Of a DNA stretch of 64,000 nt, positions 27,744 to 40,581 are shown piece by piece (position 1 is the first letter of the stretch; every line of letters begins with the position of its first letter). A model generated the notes under the pieces. It was not told where the DNA came from, made no database searches, and saw nothing but the letters and a program-made list of their open reading frames with translations. The stretch comes from Mytilus edulis (Eukaryota): NCBI RefSeq assembly GCF_963676685.1, contig NC_092346.1:82150001-82214000 (forward strand), written 5' to 3'. The translations under genes and the position numbers were made by a program.

Positions 27744-29002
27744 GTGTATATGTTACAGTGAATTTGTATAATCAGGGATTATGTAGAATCACTGAAATCA
27801 TTAGTAATTATATATAATCCCTGAATATGACCAGTGATTTTACATAATCACTGAACATTTTAATAATTATTCTACATATTCCCTAATATGATTTCAGGGA
27901 TTATCAATAATGTAAGGATCCTTTGTTAAAAAATAAATAGTATAGACAAATTATAATTTTTTCTTTCATATTCCTTGCCAGATGAAATAATTTTGCTTTT
28001 AAACACTGAGGATAATCTTAAATATATAACCAACACAGGGTTTCGAGATAAAGTTGAAGACTTCAAAATTAATAATAATCAACATTCCCTTTATAGCGAT
28101 AACTTTACATGTATTGTTTGTTGCTATTTGTAAATCAACAGAGCTTTTTATTTGTGGTACAGAAGATTATGGAACATCTGTTTTGTGGTGTTTTTTGTTG
28201 TTTTTTATTATTTTTTTTGTTAAATGAACAAGAAAATTCAAACTGAGAGAACTTACGCATCTAAATGTCATGATGATAAAACAAGCAGAACTAAGAATTG
28301 ATAAATAGAACAAAATTTTAGAGGAAGCTGGTATTTGCTGTAATATTTTCATAGCAATTCCACAGGGAAAAAAGAAAAGGGAAACCCAAAAAACATAATC
28401 ATAGGCAATTGTTCACAAAAAGTCTGAAAAAGAATATTGCCTGGCCACAAAACATGGTATTTTGCTTGAGTTCAAGGTTGCTCATTCCCTTTTTTTCGGG
28501 ATACCTTGAGATGGTTTTACTGAACACTTTATTTTTCTTAGGCGTGTCGAAAAATTAGATTCAATATGTGAAGGAAAAGGTTTTTTTTTTTATAAATGTG
28601 GATATTGTGATAGAAACAGATGTGAAGCATATTATTTTAATTTATTGGGTTTAACATTTTAATATATATATATATTGTGCCTAACATTTTTTTTTAAATG
28701 GGGTTATCATTTTGATATATTTTTCTTAACATTTCACAATTTATGTTTATATTGATGTTTTAATATGATTTTATAGAATAAATTATTTGGCTTTTATTCA
28801 TTTTCTTTATAAATAAAACTATTTCTTCATTTCAGTTATTATGTATAATCCCTAACATTTTTTCTAGTGATTCTACATAATCCCTGAAAATTTTAGTGAT
28901 TATATATAATCCCTAAACTAGCCAGTGATTCTACATAATCCCTGAAAATTTCAGGGATTCTACATAATCACTTATTATACGAATTCACTGTAACATATAC
29001 AC
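27744..29002. mobile_element. Foldback-like non-autonomous DNA element with subterminal repeats
   Basis: TIR gtgtatatgttacagtgaatt(t/c)gtataat at both ends; multiple tacataatc(c/a)ctgaa subrepeats at 27770-27905 and 28835-28975. Confidence 0.75.
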
Positions 29003-30149
29003 ACACAATCAATTTGTAAATAAGTGCAAAACAGGTTTATGCTTGTAAGAGTTTATTTTGTGTTTTCAATGCTCTTCAACTTCGTACTTTATTTGGCCTT
29101 TGGAACAACATTCCCTTAAAACAATTAGCTCCATAAGAAAAAATAGAAAGCCGCTGCTTCTGAAACGGGATGTGCTAGAAATCCACGTAGATGATGTACC
29201 TCCTTTGTGATTTTGCTACTCTAGGCTATGGTTCGTACTTATAGGTATACTAGGTATAATTTATAAATCGTCAGCGCTCAGCTATACATTACTTTTGTGT
29301 AAGTGTAGTTTTCTAATACCGTTAGAGTTATTTCCAAACGAAACTATAATAAAATTCTCTGATTCTTCTTTAGATACTTTTGTTTAGAACTTTAAAGTTC
29401 TAACGTTAGACGCCTCCGTTGAAAAAGATTTTGTTTCTATTTTAAAAAAAATCCGACGTTAACTGGTTCTGTTGGAAACAGCAAAACAGTTAAAAGTTTC
29501 TAGACTGATTGTTTCTGGTTTGTCCTTTTTGCTGCTTTGTTTTCAGTTTTTGGCACATAGTATGTTCTTCCAAAATGTATTTGTGATGTTTATGATGTCA
29601 AAATCCTAGTCGAATTTAAACTTTGCGATAATCTGATAATTTGTACATACCAAAGCAGTAACAAAATTAACAGTACCAATTTTACTGTACCAGATGGGCA
29701 TATCGACGATAAATATGTCGTCAGTTATGCTCAAAATATTTGAAAATCCAAAGTTTACTAAAAACATAAGGAGCAGATAAAACCAAAAAGGTCAAAACGT
29801 TTAGCAAAAGACGGGCAAGAGCTTTGCACGCGAGAGCTATATATAACAATTGGTTAACCTAATTTTGTAACAGCAAATTTTAATAACACAATATCCGTAT
29901 TTTCAAGCCAGTAGCGAATTACTGCGCAACTGGGCTGGTGATACCCACAAAGAACACAATTTCTTTTTTTTTTAAATGGCTAAAACACAATTTTGTCTCT
30001 TTAAAAATGGCCTTTCATAGTCTTTGACATCCCTATAGTCATAGGAATAATGACCCCCTTATATTATATACTTGTTTTACTTTGTGTGTAATTTAATGGT
30101 TCCTTCGTATCTTAATTTCAATGGTGTACCTGTTGGAATAACTTTGTTT

Positions 30150-30580
30150 ACCTCCTTCTTAACAATTTCAGCTTGCTTTATTTGTAGTTATTGTAGTTGT
30201 CCTTGAAAGGTATGTGTAATCAGTATGTCCTAATTCCTTAATTGAGTTATCTGTGCAAATCTTATTTTGTAGTTTCTAAAAACTCTAGTCATTACTTTCA
30301 TGTAGTGATCTATTTCTGAACTCTTGTGGCAATTTTCTCAGTTTTACTGAAATAAGCAATGAACCAAGCAGTTCTTCAAATTGTCATATAATGATTGCAG
30401 GCCTCTTATATATGTCTGGAGTTTATCGTAACTCTCTTCTTGTAAATCAGACATACACATATATCCTCGTATGCATTAATTATCTAGTTACTTTGACTTC
30501 AACAATTCTTTTGGAAATTCGGGTTATTCATGATGACTGGCCTGCAATTACGTTTGCGGCATCTAATTGCAATACAACCT
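30150..30580 (-). mobile_element. Possible highly decayed retroelement RT remnant
   Basis: Short peptide NVIAGQSS*ITRIS resembles the RPIxAGxxSxTxRLS motif of Penelope-like RTs; weak. Confidence 0.3.
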
Positions 30581-32349
30581 TCTAACGAATACAATATTAT
30601 AATTATATTTGTAACTTGTTTTACCAGATTACCATAAGGGCAACATTAAAAGATCGATGTAGCATAAAAAAAACCCCTGAATTTACATAGTAAGCGGGTA
30701 TGATGGGCAAACTGGTTAATAGTTTTGTTATCCTACATCTATTTTTTGGGTGAAAGAAATATATATAAAAGTTCGCTATCCTTATAAACGTGTTCGAACC
30801 TTTCGTGCAAATTAAAGGTTATAAATCGTACATGATAGTCCTTTGCGAAAAACTTAATCAAAGAAACCAGGCTTATAATAAGGTACGCCAGATGCGCATT
30901 TGGTTTATTTACAAATATGAAGTTTAAGAGCATTTAAAACGGAAAATTTCAAAATGTGAACTGTTTTTGATATATCATCTCGCTTCAGATTCTATCATTT
31001 TATATATCAAAGCTACAGGTTGATTTTATAACATAAAAAAAAACACAGTACGAAAAGATAAAATATATGGGTCAAGTGAAATACCTATCTAATCAATCAC
31101 AAAAACAGAGTAGGTGTGTTAGAATAGCTATTTTTTTTTACTAAAAGTACTTGACGATAGTCTTTTAAGTTGGATGATGAAAATGCATATCTTCGAAAAT
31201 ATATATTTATTTTGTGTGTGATAACTAGGGTTTATAATCTTCAACCACTGAAATGTTTTAGTCTGCCCTTCCACGAAATATTTAATTAGAATTTATTTTA
31301 ATGTTTAAGAATTTTCGAAAATTCCACCTGACAACCGATCAGAAAAAAGTTTTAAGTTGAATCAATGCAGACAAGATCATCTACATGCTCATTAGCTAGT
31401 AGATACGTTAGTCTTTTAAAATACAACTGACATATAAGGGTCGTAATGGTGCTATGTGCATGAATTTATCGGTTTTCAAGAGCAAAATTAAAAGGCAAAT
31501 TTGAATCTCAGTGAAACATAATACAGTTACTGATCAACGCAGATTGGTCTTGATTACTTTAAAAAATATGTTGAATAGAAAATTTGAAAATCATAAAAAA
31601 TCCCTGGGAACAGATGAATTTTATGTACAGTGCAGTCAGTACAGATTTTTCCATGGTCACTCTCAATAGTGAGCAGAATTACACAGCCCACTCATATAAA
31701 GGTTACCATAAATTTTCTATAAAATGGGTCCATATTTACCGGGTTAATTTGAAATTGAAATCTACCAGTCAGAGCTGTGACATAAACCAGTACGAATCAC
31801 GATAGGTCAAAAATGAACAATGATTTTATTCAAATAAGCGATATAAAATCAAATATAACAAAAACAAAATTCAAACTAGATGCAATTTCCCATACTGGTC
31901 ACATAGAAATTGCAGGTTCCACACTGACTGTAGTGTAAGTAAAAAAAATGGTGTAGCATTCTGCTATTTTCATTGGATATTGCGGTCACGTGTTTCAAAG
32001 ATTATTTTATGTATCCGAAGCCTTGTTTCTATTTTAAAGTATATTGACGCTATGTTTCTATTTATATGTATATTGACCGTCAATATAAAAAAAAATCTTG
32101 CTAAATTTAGATTTGTGACGTCATGACGACACACATAACAATCATAACGTTTATCAGAAGGAGACATCAAGAATTTTATGTTACATGCAGACGCTAAGAA
32201 TACAAGAAAGCTATCGTATCAAGCTATGAAGCTGTTCAAAGAATATTAATATTTTCAATAAAATGTTAAAATTCTTGCAAAATATAATTTAGAAATACAC
32301 AGAAAGAAAATTGAGCGCCATTTTCCTAATAAATCATTTACATAGAGAA

Positions 32350-32482
32350 TAATACATGGCAAAATCCGTATCATATGTCGTATCATCCCGAGACATCAAT
32401 ATCAGCCCAAGGGCCTTTAGGCCCGAGGGATGATATTGATCGAGTGTGATACGGCATGTGATACGGATTTTGCCATGTATTA
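32350..32482. mobile_element. ~133-bp hairpin MITE
   Basis: taatacatggcaaaatccgtatca ... tgatacggattttgccatgtatta, with a gggcc-ttta-ggccc centre. Confidence 0.75.
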
Positions 32483-33084
32483 TACGCTTTATCATATATT
32501 TCAACAGAAGAGTATTATATTATATGAACTGTTTTCTGATCCATAGCACTGGGTTACCTTCAGTTCTACTTTTGTCTTGTTTCAAAGGCCTTAAAAGAAC
32601 TGCTCAACTACTTATCCGAAGCACCTGGGTTACCTTACAATTTGTGTGCTGTTGTTTTAAAAATATTTTGTTTATTATTGTATTAATTTGTGTGTTTTGT
32701 ATTTTTCATAGTTGCATTTAGTGTGCCAAAAAATATGAAAACTTGACGTTCGTGACGTCACATACAATGTGAAAACTCGACGTTCGTGACGTCACATACC
32801 AAACAATGACGTCATTCAAAAAATTTACCTATTTTGAGGAAAAATTTTCTTAAGCAAAAAAAAAAAACCAAAACTGACTGTTATGTAAAAAAAAAAAAAA
32901 AAAAAAGTAGGGGTGTGATAAAGGGTATGCGATAAAGGGTAGGGGTGTGATAAAGGGTATGCGATAAAGGGTGCGCATCAAAGTTGCGCGATATGGATTA
33001 AACAGCAGGCTATTTATCACATATGCAAAACTACTGTATTTACTACTAAACATATGATAAATATGTATTATAATATATAAATGA

Positions 33085-33228
33085 AGGACTTTCACTCAGT
33101 CAATACGTTATATATGGACCTGTTAGATTATATTGACACTCGGACTTCGTTCTCGGTCAACATGATCAATATAGTCTGAACAGGTCCCTATATAACGTAT
33201 TGATATCGTCAAAGTCCATAATTGATAA
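33085..33228. mobile_element. Hairpin MITE, related copy at ~62750-62880
   Basis: tcaatacgttatatatggacctgtt ... aacaggtccctatataacgtattga. Confidence 0.7.
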
Positions 33229-33349
33229 GTATTAATTGTGATGCATCAGCATATGCACATCAATATTTAGTCAGGTATGCCCAAAGTCAATACAAACAGT
33301 AAAGTTGACACCATTCATTGCTGAGAAACACAAAGGAATACTGGGGACA

Positions 33350-36300
33350 CTGGTAAGCTATCGATAATGTCACGACAAGGTCCTAAACCATATGGCCGAG
33401 ATCCTTGATGTTTAGAGAAGGAAGAAGAGACCAGCAACAACAGAGGCAACGAATATCAGATTCGTTAGAAAGGGAGATACAGGTCATGTGCAACAAAAGT
33501 CACAACAGCACTTCACCTTGGACATGGACAGTGAATGGAACATGAGGGCTGATATTGGCAAAAAGCCCTGAATGTGTACAGAAACCCCTACGATCAGACA
33601 TTGTAGTTTGGTCAAAGAAGCCAAAGATGATAGTATCAGTAGAACTAGAGAGAGATGTGAACAGGCATACCAGCGGAAGAAAGAGAAGTACACAGAGCTG
33701 ATGACAACCTGAAGATAGAGAGGTTAGAAAGTGTGGCTGTTCCGAGTAGAAATAGGCTGCAGATAATTTACTGCACAGTCAGTTTACAGGCAATTGGAGT
33801 AGTTGAAAAAGGCACGGAAGACAGCAGTAAGACAGTTAGAGGAAGCAGCTGAAAAGGCACAGAAGACAGCAGTAAGTTATAGGAAGCAGCTGAAAAGGCA
33901 CGGAAGACAGCAGTAAGACAGTTAGAGGAAGTAGCTGAAAATGCACAGAAGACAGCAGTAAGACAGTTAGAGGAAGCAGCTGAAAGAGCACGGAAGACAG
34001 CAGTAAGACAGTTAGAGGAAGCAGCTGAAAAGGCACAGAAGACAGCAGTAAGACAATTAGAGGAAGCAGTTGAAAAGGCACGGAAGACAGAAGTAAGACA
34101 GTTAGAAGAAGCAGCTGAAAGGCACGGAAGACAGCAGTAAGACAGTTAGAGAAAGCAGCTGAAAGGGCACGGAAGACAGCAGTAAGACAGTTAGAGGAAG
34201 CAGCTGAAAAGGCACGGAAGACAGCAGTAAGACAGTTAGAGGAAGCAGCTGAAAAGGCACGGAAGACAGCAGTAAGACAGTTAGAGGAAGCAGCTGAAAG
34301 GGCACGGAAGACAGCAGTAAGACAATTAGAGGAAGCAGCTGAAAAGGCACGGAAGACAGCAGTAAGACAGTTAGAGGAAGCAGCTGAAAAGACATGGAAG
34401 ACAGCAGTAAGACAATTAGAGGAAGCAGTTGATAAGGCACGGAAGACAGAAGTAAGACAGTTAGAGGAAGCAGCTGAAAGGTACGGAAGACAGCAGTAAG
34501 ACAGTTAGAGGAAGCAGATAAAAAGGCACGGAAGACAACTGTAAGACAATTAGAGGAAGCAGTTGAAAAGGCACGGAAGACAGCAGTAAGACAGTTAGTG
34601 GAAGCAGCTGAAAAGGCACGAAAGACAGCAGTAAGACAGTAAGTGGGAGCAGCTAAAAAGGCACGGAAGACAGCAGTAAGACAGTTAGAGGAAACAGCTG
34701 AAAAGGCACGGAAGACAGCAGTAAGACAGTTAGAGGAAGCAGCTGAAAGGGCACGGAAGACAGCAGTAAGACAGTTAGAGAAGCAGCTGAAAAGGCACGG
34801 AAGACAGCAGTAAAACAGTTAGAGGAAGCAGCTGAAAAGGCACGGAAGACAGCAGTAAGACAGTTAGAGGAAGCAGCTGAAAAGGCACGGAAGACAGCAG
34901 TAAGACAGTTAGAGGAAGCAGCTGAAAAGACACGGAAGGTAGCAGTAAGACAATTAGAGGAAGCAGTTGATAAGGCACGGAAGACAGAAGTAAGACAGTT
35001 AGAGGAAGCAGCTGAAAGGTACGGAAGACAGCAGTAAGACAGTTAGAGGAAGCAGATAAAAAGGCACGGAAGACAACTGTAAGACAATTAGAGGAAGCAG
35101 TTGAAAAGGCACGGAAGACAGCAGTAAGACAGTTAGTGGAAGCAGCTGAAAAGGCACGAAAGACAACAGTAAGACAGTAAGTGGGAGCAGCTAAAAAGGC
35201 ACGGAAGACAGCAGTAAGACAGTTAGAGGAAACAGCTGAAAAGGCACGGAAGACAGCAGTAAGACAGTTAGAGGAAGCAGCTGAAAGGGCACGGAAGACA
35301 GCAGTAAGACAGTTAGAGGAAGCAGCTGAAAAGGCACGGAAGACAGCAGTAAGACAGTTAGAGGAAGCAGCTGAAAAGGCACGGAAGACAGCAGTAAGAC
35401 AGTTAGAGGAAGTAGCTGAAAAGACACGGAAGACAGCAGTAAGACAGTTAGTTGAAGCAGCTGAAAAGGCACGGAAGACAGCAGTAAGACAGTTAGAGGA
35501 AGCAGTTGATAAGGCACGGAAGACAGCAGTAAGACAGTAAGAGGGAGCAGCTAAAAAGACACGGAAGACAACTGTAAGACAATTACAGGAAGCAGTTGAA
35601 AAGGCACGGAAGACAGCAGTTAGACAGTTAGAGGAAGCAGCTGAAAAGGCACGGAAGACAGCAGTAAGACAATAAGAGGGAGCAGCTAAAAAGACACGGA
35701 AGACAACTGTAAGACAATTAGAGGAAGAGGTTGAAAAGGCACGGAAGACAGCAGTAAGACAGTTAGTGAAAGCATCTGAAAAGGCACGAAAGACAGCAGT
35801 AAGACAGTAAGTGGGAGCAGCTAAAAAGGCACGGAAGACAGCAGTAAGACAGTTAGAGGAAACAGCTGAAAAGGCACGGAAGACAGCAGTAAGACAGTTA
35901 GAGGAAGCAGCTGAAAGGTCACGGAAGACAGCAGTAAGACAGTTAGAGGAAGCAGCTGAAAGGGCACGGAAGACAGCAGTAAGACAGTTAGAGGAAGCAG
36001 CTGAAAAGGCACGGAAGACAGCAGTAAGACAGTTAGAAGGAGGAGCTGAAAGGGCACGGAAGACAGCAGTAAGACAGTTAGAGGAAGCAGCTGAAAAGGC
36101 ACGGAAGACAGCAGTAAGACAGTTAGAGGAAGCAGCTGAAAAGACACGGAAGACAGCAGTAAGACAATTAGAGGAAGCAGTTGATAAGGCACGGAGGACA
36201 GAAGTAAGACAGTTAGAGGAAGCAGCTGAAAGGTACGGAAGACAGCAGTAAGACAGTTAGAGGAAGCAGCTAAAAAGGCACGGAAGACAACTGTAAGACA

Positions 36301-37022
36301 ATTAGAGGAAGCAGTTGAAAAGGCACGGAAGACAGCAGTAAGACAGTTGTGGAAGCAGCTGAAAAGGCACGAAAGACAGCAGTAAGACAGTAAGTGGGAG
36401 CAGCTAAAAAGGCACGGAAGACAGCAGTAAGACAGTTAGAGGAAACAGCTGAAAAGGCACGGAAGACAGCAGTAAGACAGTTAGAGGAAGCAGCTGAAAG
36501 GCCACGGAAGACAGCAGTAAGACAGTTAGAGGAAGCAGCTGAAAAGGCACGGAAGACAGCAGTAAGACAGTTAGAGGAAGCAGCTGAAAAGGCACGGAAG
36601 ACAGCAGTAAGACAGTTAGAGGAAGCAGCTGAAAAGGCACGGAAGACAGCAGTAAGACAGTTAGAGGAAGCAGCTGAAAAGACACGGAAGACAGCAGTAA
36701 GACAGTTAGTTGAAGCAGCTGAAAAGGCACGGAAGACAGCAGTAAGACAGTTAGAGGAAGCAGCTGAAAAGGCACGGAAGACAGCAGTAAGACAGTAAGA
36801 GGGAGCAGCTAAAAAGACACGGAAGACAGCAGTAAGACAGTTAGAGGAAGCAGCTGAAAGGCACAGAAGACAGCAGTAAGACAGTTAGAGGAAGCAGCTG
36901 AAAAGGCACAGAAGACAGCAGTAAGACAATTTGAGGAAGTAGTTGAAAAGGCACGGAAGACAGCAGTAAGACAGTTAGAGGAAGCAGCTGAACGTTCATC
37001 TTGCTGATGATGGCATCGCCGA
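33350..37022 (+). mobile_element. HERO/R2-superfamily non-LTR retrotransposon 3' remnant (RLE endonuclease), interrupted by the 45-bp array
   Basis: From 33359: YR*CHDKVLNHMAEILD, IRFVRKG, WNMRADIG, LRSDIVVWS, IVSVEL, ERCEQAYQRKKEKY, KVWLFRVEIGCR*F. After the array: EAAERSSC**WHRR. These are the RHD, RPD, EL, RKxxKY and VEVGCRGF motifs of RLE domains. Confidence 0.85.
33803..36992 (+). repeat. 45-bp tandem array, about 71 units
   Basis: Unit gaggaagcagctgaaaaggcacggaagacagcagtaagacagtta; 34 of 45 bases are purines on the + strand. Confidence 0.98.
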
Positions 37023-37442
37023 TTAATTATTATGAGTATTGTAGTTCTTTTATCCATAATTTTGATACATAAAGTTTCGCCTTCGAAGATGGCCACAGAA
37101 AGCGAAACATATTGATGCAAATCCCGCGTCTCTATCTTTCTGTATAGTTATTCTTATATCAGATGCGATGAAGATATGAATGCTACAAATTTTGTTTACT
37201 AATGCCTTATGTTTCAATGTCATCATTTTCCATCGTCCTTGATTTCATTTTTCGAGTGTTCGCTCGTGTATATCCTGATTGTAGGATGTCCAACTGGTTT
37301 TACTACCGGTTGGAAGAAGACAAAAGGAGGACAATTTTGCTATAACCTAGTCAACTCTTTGGGTTTTGAAATGCATCATGATTAACACTAAGACTTTCAT
37401 GGACTTGTTTACACTTTTGCTCCAAGACATCAAAGAAAAATG

Positions 37443-38026
37443 AAAGGAGTAGGTCCGGTAAGGGCCGGTTTTGGCCTCAAAATTCAAGTTCATCTGACGA
37501 ATTATTATGGACACTTTTTAAACACTTAAATGTCTATTTCAATTGATTCAATTATATTTTGTGAAAGATTTCAACTGATTCACTCATTAAAAACGCTCCG
37601 ATTCAAGCTTGATTATGAAAAATCTATCAAATATGCCAAAAACTGTCACTTTGCATATGGTTTTTGTAAAAAATTAAAGTTGCCGCATCCGTGTTCATCC
37701 TCGAACTTTATATATGTTATGTATTATCATTAAACACAACTTACATTTCAATATCAAGAATGAACACGAATGCGACCACTTTCATTTAAGACGGAAACCG
37801 TCTAAAATTTAACTAAAATGCTGAAATTGTGAAGATTTCAGTAATTTAGCATTACTTAATGATGCAAGTACCCGATATATGTGCATTGTAATGCCAAAAT
37901 AAGCCTATATTTATGAAGCAGAGGCATTATACCTTCCAAAAAACAACTAAAAGTTTACATTTACACAATTTTGTAAAACTGCTATATTTTGGGGCCAAAA
38001 AGGGGTCTTACTGAACGTACTCCTTT
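37443..38026. mobile_element. Same MITE family, copy 2, opposite orientation
   Basis: aaaggagtaggtccggtaag ... cttactgaacgtactccttt; the interior is a diverged reverse complement of 10621-11228. Confidence 0.85.
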
Positions 38027-38666
38027 GAATCAATTTTGTAAACCATGATAGATTACCATTTGCTTTTTGTTACTACTTTCATAACCTTAATTATTAAAAT
38101 GAAACGTTTTGAAAATTCGTATTGGTGACAACCTCCTGAATTTTTTTCTAGATCTGCCCCTAAACATTCTAAAGCTTATGAGACACGTACTATCCACACT
38201 GATCTGTGTCCACACTTGTTCAAGTTACATTGTTTTATTTATAACTTGAAATAAAGAACATCAAACTATATCGCAATTATAATCTGCTATAATGTATGTT
38301 TAAGACCATCTTCCTTCGGCGTCATTCCGTTGTATTCACCAAAAAGGTTGAGTCTCTACTCGTTTAATTTATCCCTCGAGGCAGTATAAATGTCATTGAC
38401 GTTCACTGTAAAATATTTCATTTTTTCTAAATTTTCAGATTTTCAGATTTTAATCGTCAAGGCAGTTTTAAGTGTGACCAAAAGGTGATAACATTGATTT
38501 TTCAACTTCAATATAAATGCGTCGGATTTCATTTTTTATTAAGATAAAATGTAGTACTTGTTACCCAGAGATTTATATACCTATTGAGCTTACTAATACA
38601 TATAATGCGTTACCATTGGTGGCAATGCCTTCTGTTTTCTCCAGAGATCTTATTTTATTTATTTTT

Positions 38667-38833
38667 ATCATTTCAAAAAGTAAAACCCAACAGAGGGCGT
38701 TGTAATAGTCTTTACATGCAACCATCATTTCAAAAAGTAAAACCCAACAGAGAGCGTTGTAAGAATTATCTTTACATGCGACCATCATTTTAAAAAGTAA
38801 AACCCAACAGAGCGTTGTAAGAATTCTCTTTAC
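38667..38833. repeat. 57-60-bp tandem repeat, about 3 copies
   Basis: atcatttcaaaaagtaaaacccaacagag..cgttgtaa repeated. Confidence 0.9.
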
Positions 38834-39014
38834 AAAAAAAGTCAGAAGATAACTCTCTTGTCAGATTGACTGTCTATTCGTACAAGGAGACCTGGAATCA
38901 ATATACCAAAAACCTCATATAAAAAATATTTTATTTGAAACGTTTTTCCGATGTCATTCTTTGGAGTTTTTCGTTTTACTATATGCTAGTCAAGAGTGAT
39001 TAAATCAAAGTGTT

Positions 39015-39446
39015 AAGTACAACAGTGTGGTGTATTCAATACGATAGACCAGTAAAGTACAACAGTGTGGTGTATTCCATACGATAGACCAGTAAAGTAC
39101 AACAGTGTGGTGTATTCCATACGACAGACCAGTAAAGTACAACAGTGTGGTGTATTCCATACGACAGACCAGTAAAGTACAACAGTGTGGTGTATTCCAT
39201 ACGATAGACCAGTAAAGTACAACAGTGTGGTGTATTCCATACGACAGACCAGTAAAGTACAACAGTGTGGTGTATTCCATACGATAGACCAGTAAAGTAC
39301 AACAGTGTGGTGTATTCCATACGACAGCCCAGTAAAGTACAACAGTGTGGTGTATTCCATACGACAGACCAGTAAAGTACAAGAGTGTGGTGTATTCCAT
39401 ACAACAGACCAATAAAGTACAACAGTGTGGTGTATTCCATACGAGA
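39015..39446. repeat. 40-bp minisatellite, about 11 copies
   Basis: Unit aagtacaacagtgtggtgtattccatacga(c/t)agaccagta with a strict period of 40. Confidence 0.97.
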
Positions 39447-40581
39447 GAACAGGTTCCAAATTTATTCAGACTTAATTTTTTCAAAATATTGTGGGGTTGC
39501 CAAAAAAAATTATAATAGCTAATTATAATACAACCGGGGTTTTTAAGCAAACCTGGGGTAAGTTAAATTGGCGTTTCTCACGAATAAATTTGGTTCTATT
39601 ACATAAAACAACTGAAACCATTTGTTTTGGAGCATTTATTGTTCGTTTAATTTATCTTTTACCCGGATAATAAATAAAGGTCCGTCCTTGTGATGTGATA
39701 TGAGGTCTATTAGGTTTTTGAGTGTCCAATGAAAACATTCCTAGTTTAGTATGACATTCGGAGTTTAGTATGACGTCCATTATCACTGTACTATTATGCA
39801 TATTTTAGGGGCCAGCTGAAGGACACCTACGGGTGCGGGAATTCTCGCTACATTGAAGACCCATTGGTTGCCTTCGGCTGTTGTTTGCTCTATGGTCGGG
39901 TGGTTGTCGCTTTGACATATTCACCATTTCCTTTCTCAATTTTATTCATTTGAAGTTTGCATTTATAGTATTGGTTCCTTTTTCAGAAGGATATGACATA
40001 AAAAAATAAAACACGATTTTTTATTACTTCTTAATAAATAAAAAGGTAATGGACTCGCAAAAAAAGAATTGAAATATTGTAATGCAATTAAAATGTGACT
40101 TTGAGAAATATAAAACAAGATGTTGGTGTACGTCAATGAAACAGCAACCGAACAACGCAAATAGCTAAAAATCTTCTACAGGTAGGGACACAGTACTCCC
40201 GACTAAAATCCAAATTATATAAATATAACTTTTCTGTTAATAGTGACTGTACTTGAATTGAAACAATATTTGTGACTTCACAAAGTTGACATCAGACAGT
40301 TTTGACTGCTGAAGTTTAGCTCTTTTAATTAAGTAATATTATTATTTTAATATTGACTTTAAAAACTAATTTACCTCATGAATGTTATTCCAGAAAATAT
40401 ATCTGAGATTCTTTCACATTTAAAACGATGCCATGTCTTGTTTCATAACGGCCATAAGCACGTCGGTTTGACAACTACACCACGTTTAACATTACAATTT
40501 TATTTAATTATGACATCAACATACTAGTACATACTTCCTTTATTTCTATGGTACATTCAACCTATGCCAACATTTTGAAAC

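Noticed and set aside
33836-36798. Long ORFs on both strands as genes
   Set aside because: They are by-products of a stop-free 45-bp unit and are broken by frameshifts and stops.
39015-39446. CRISPR-like regular repeat
   Set aside because: Units are contiguous with no unique spacers, there are no cas genes, and the context is eukaryotic.
39005-39550. Three overlapping minus-strand ORFs of 134-181 aa
   Set aside because: Translations of the 40-bp minisatellite.
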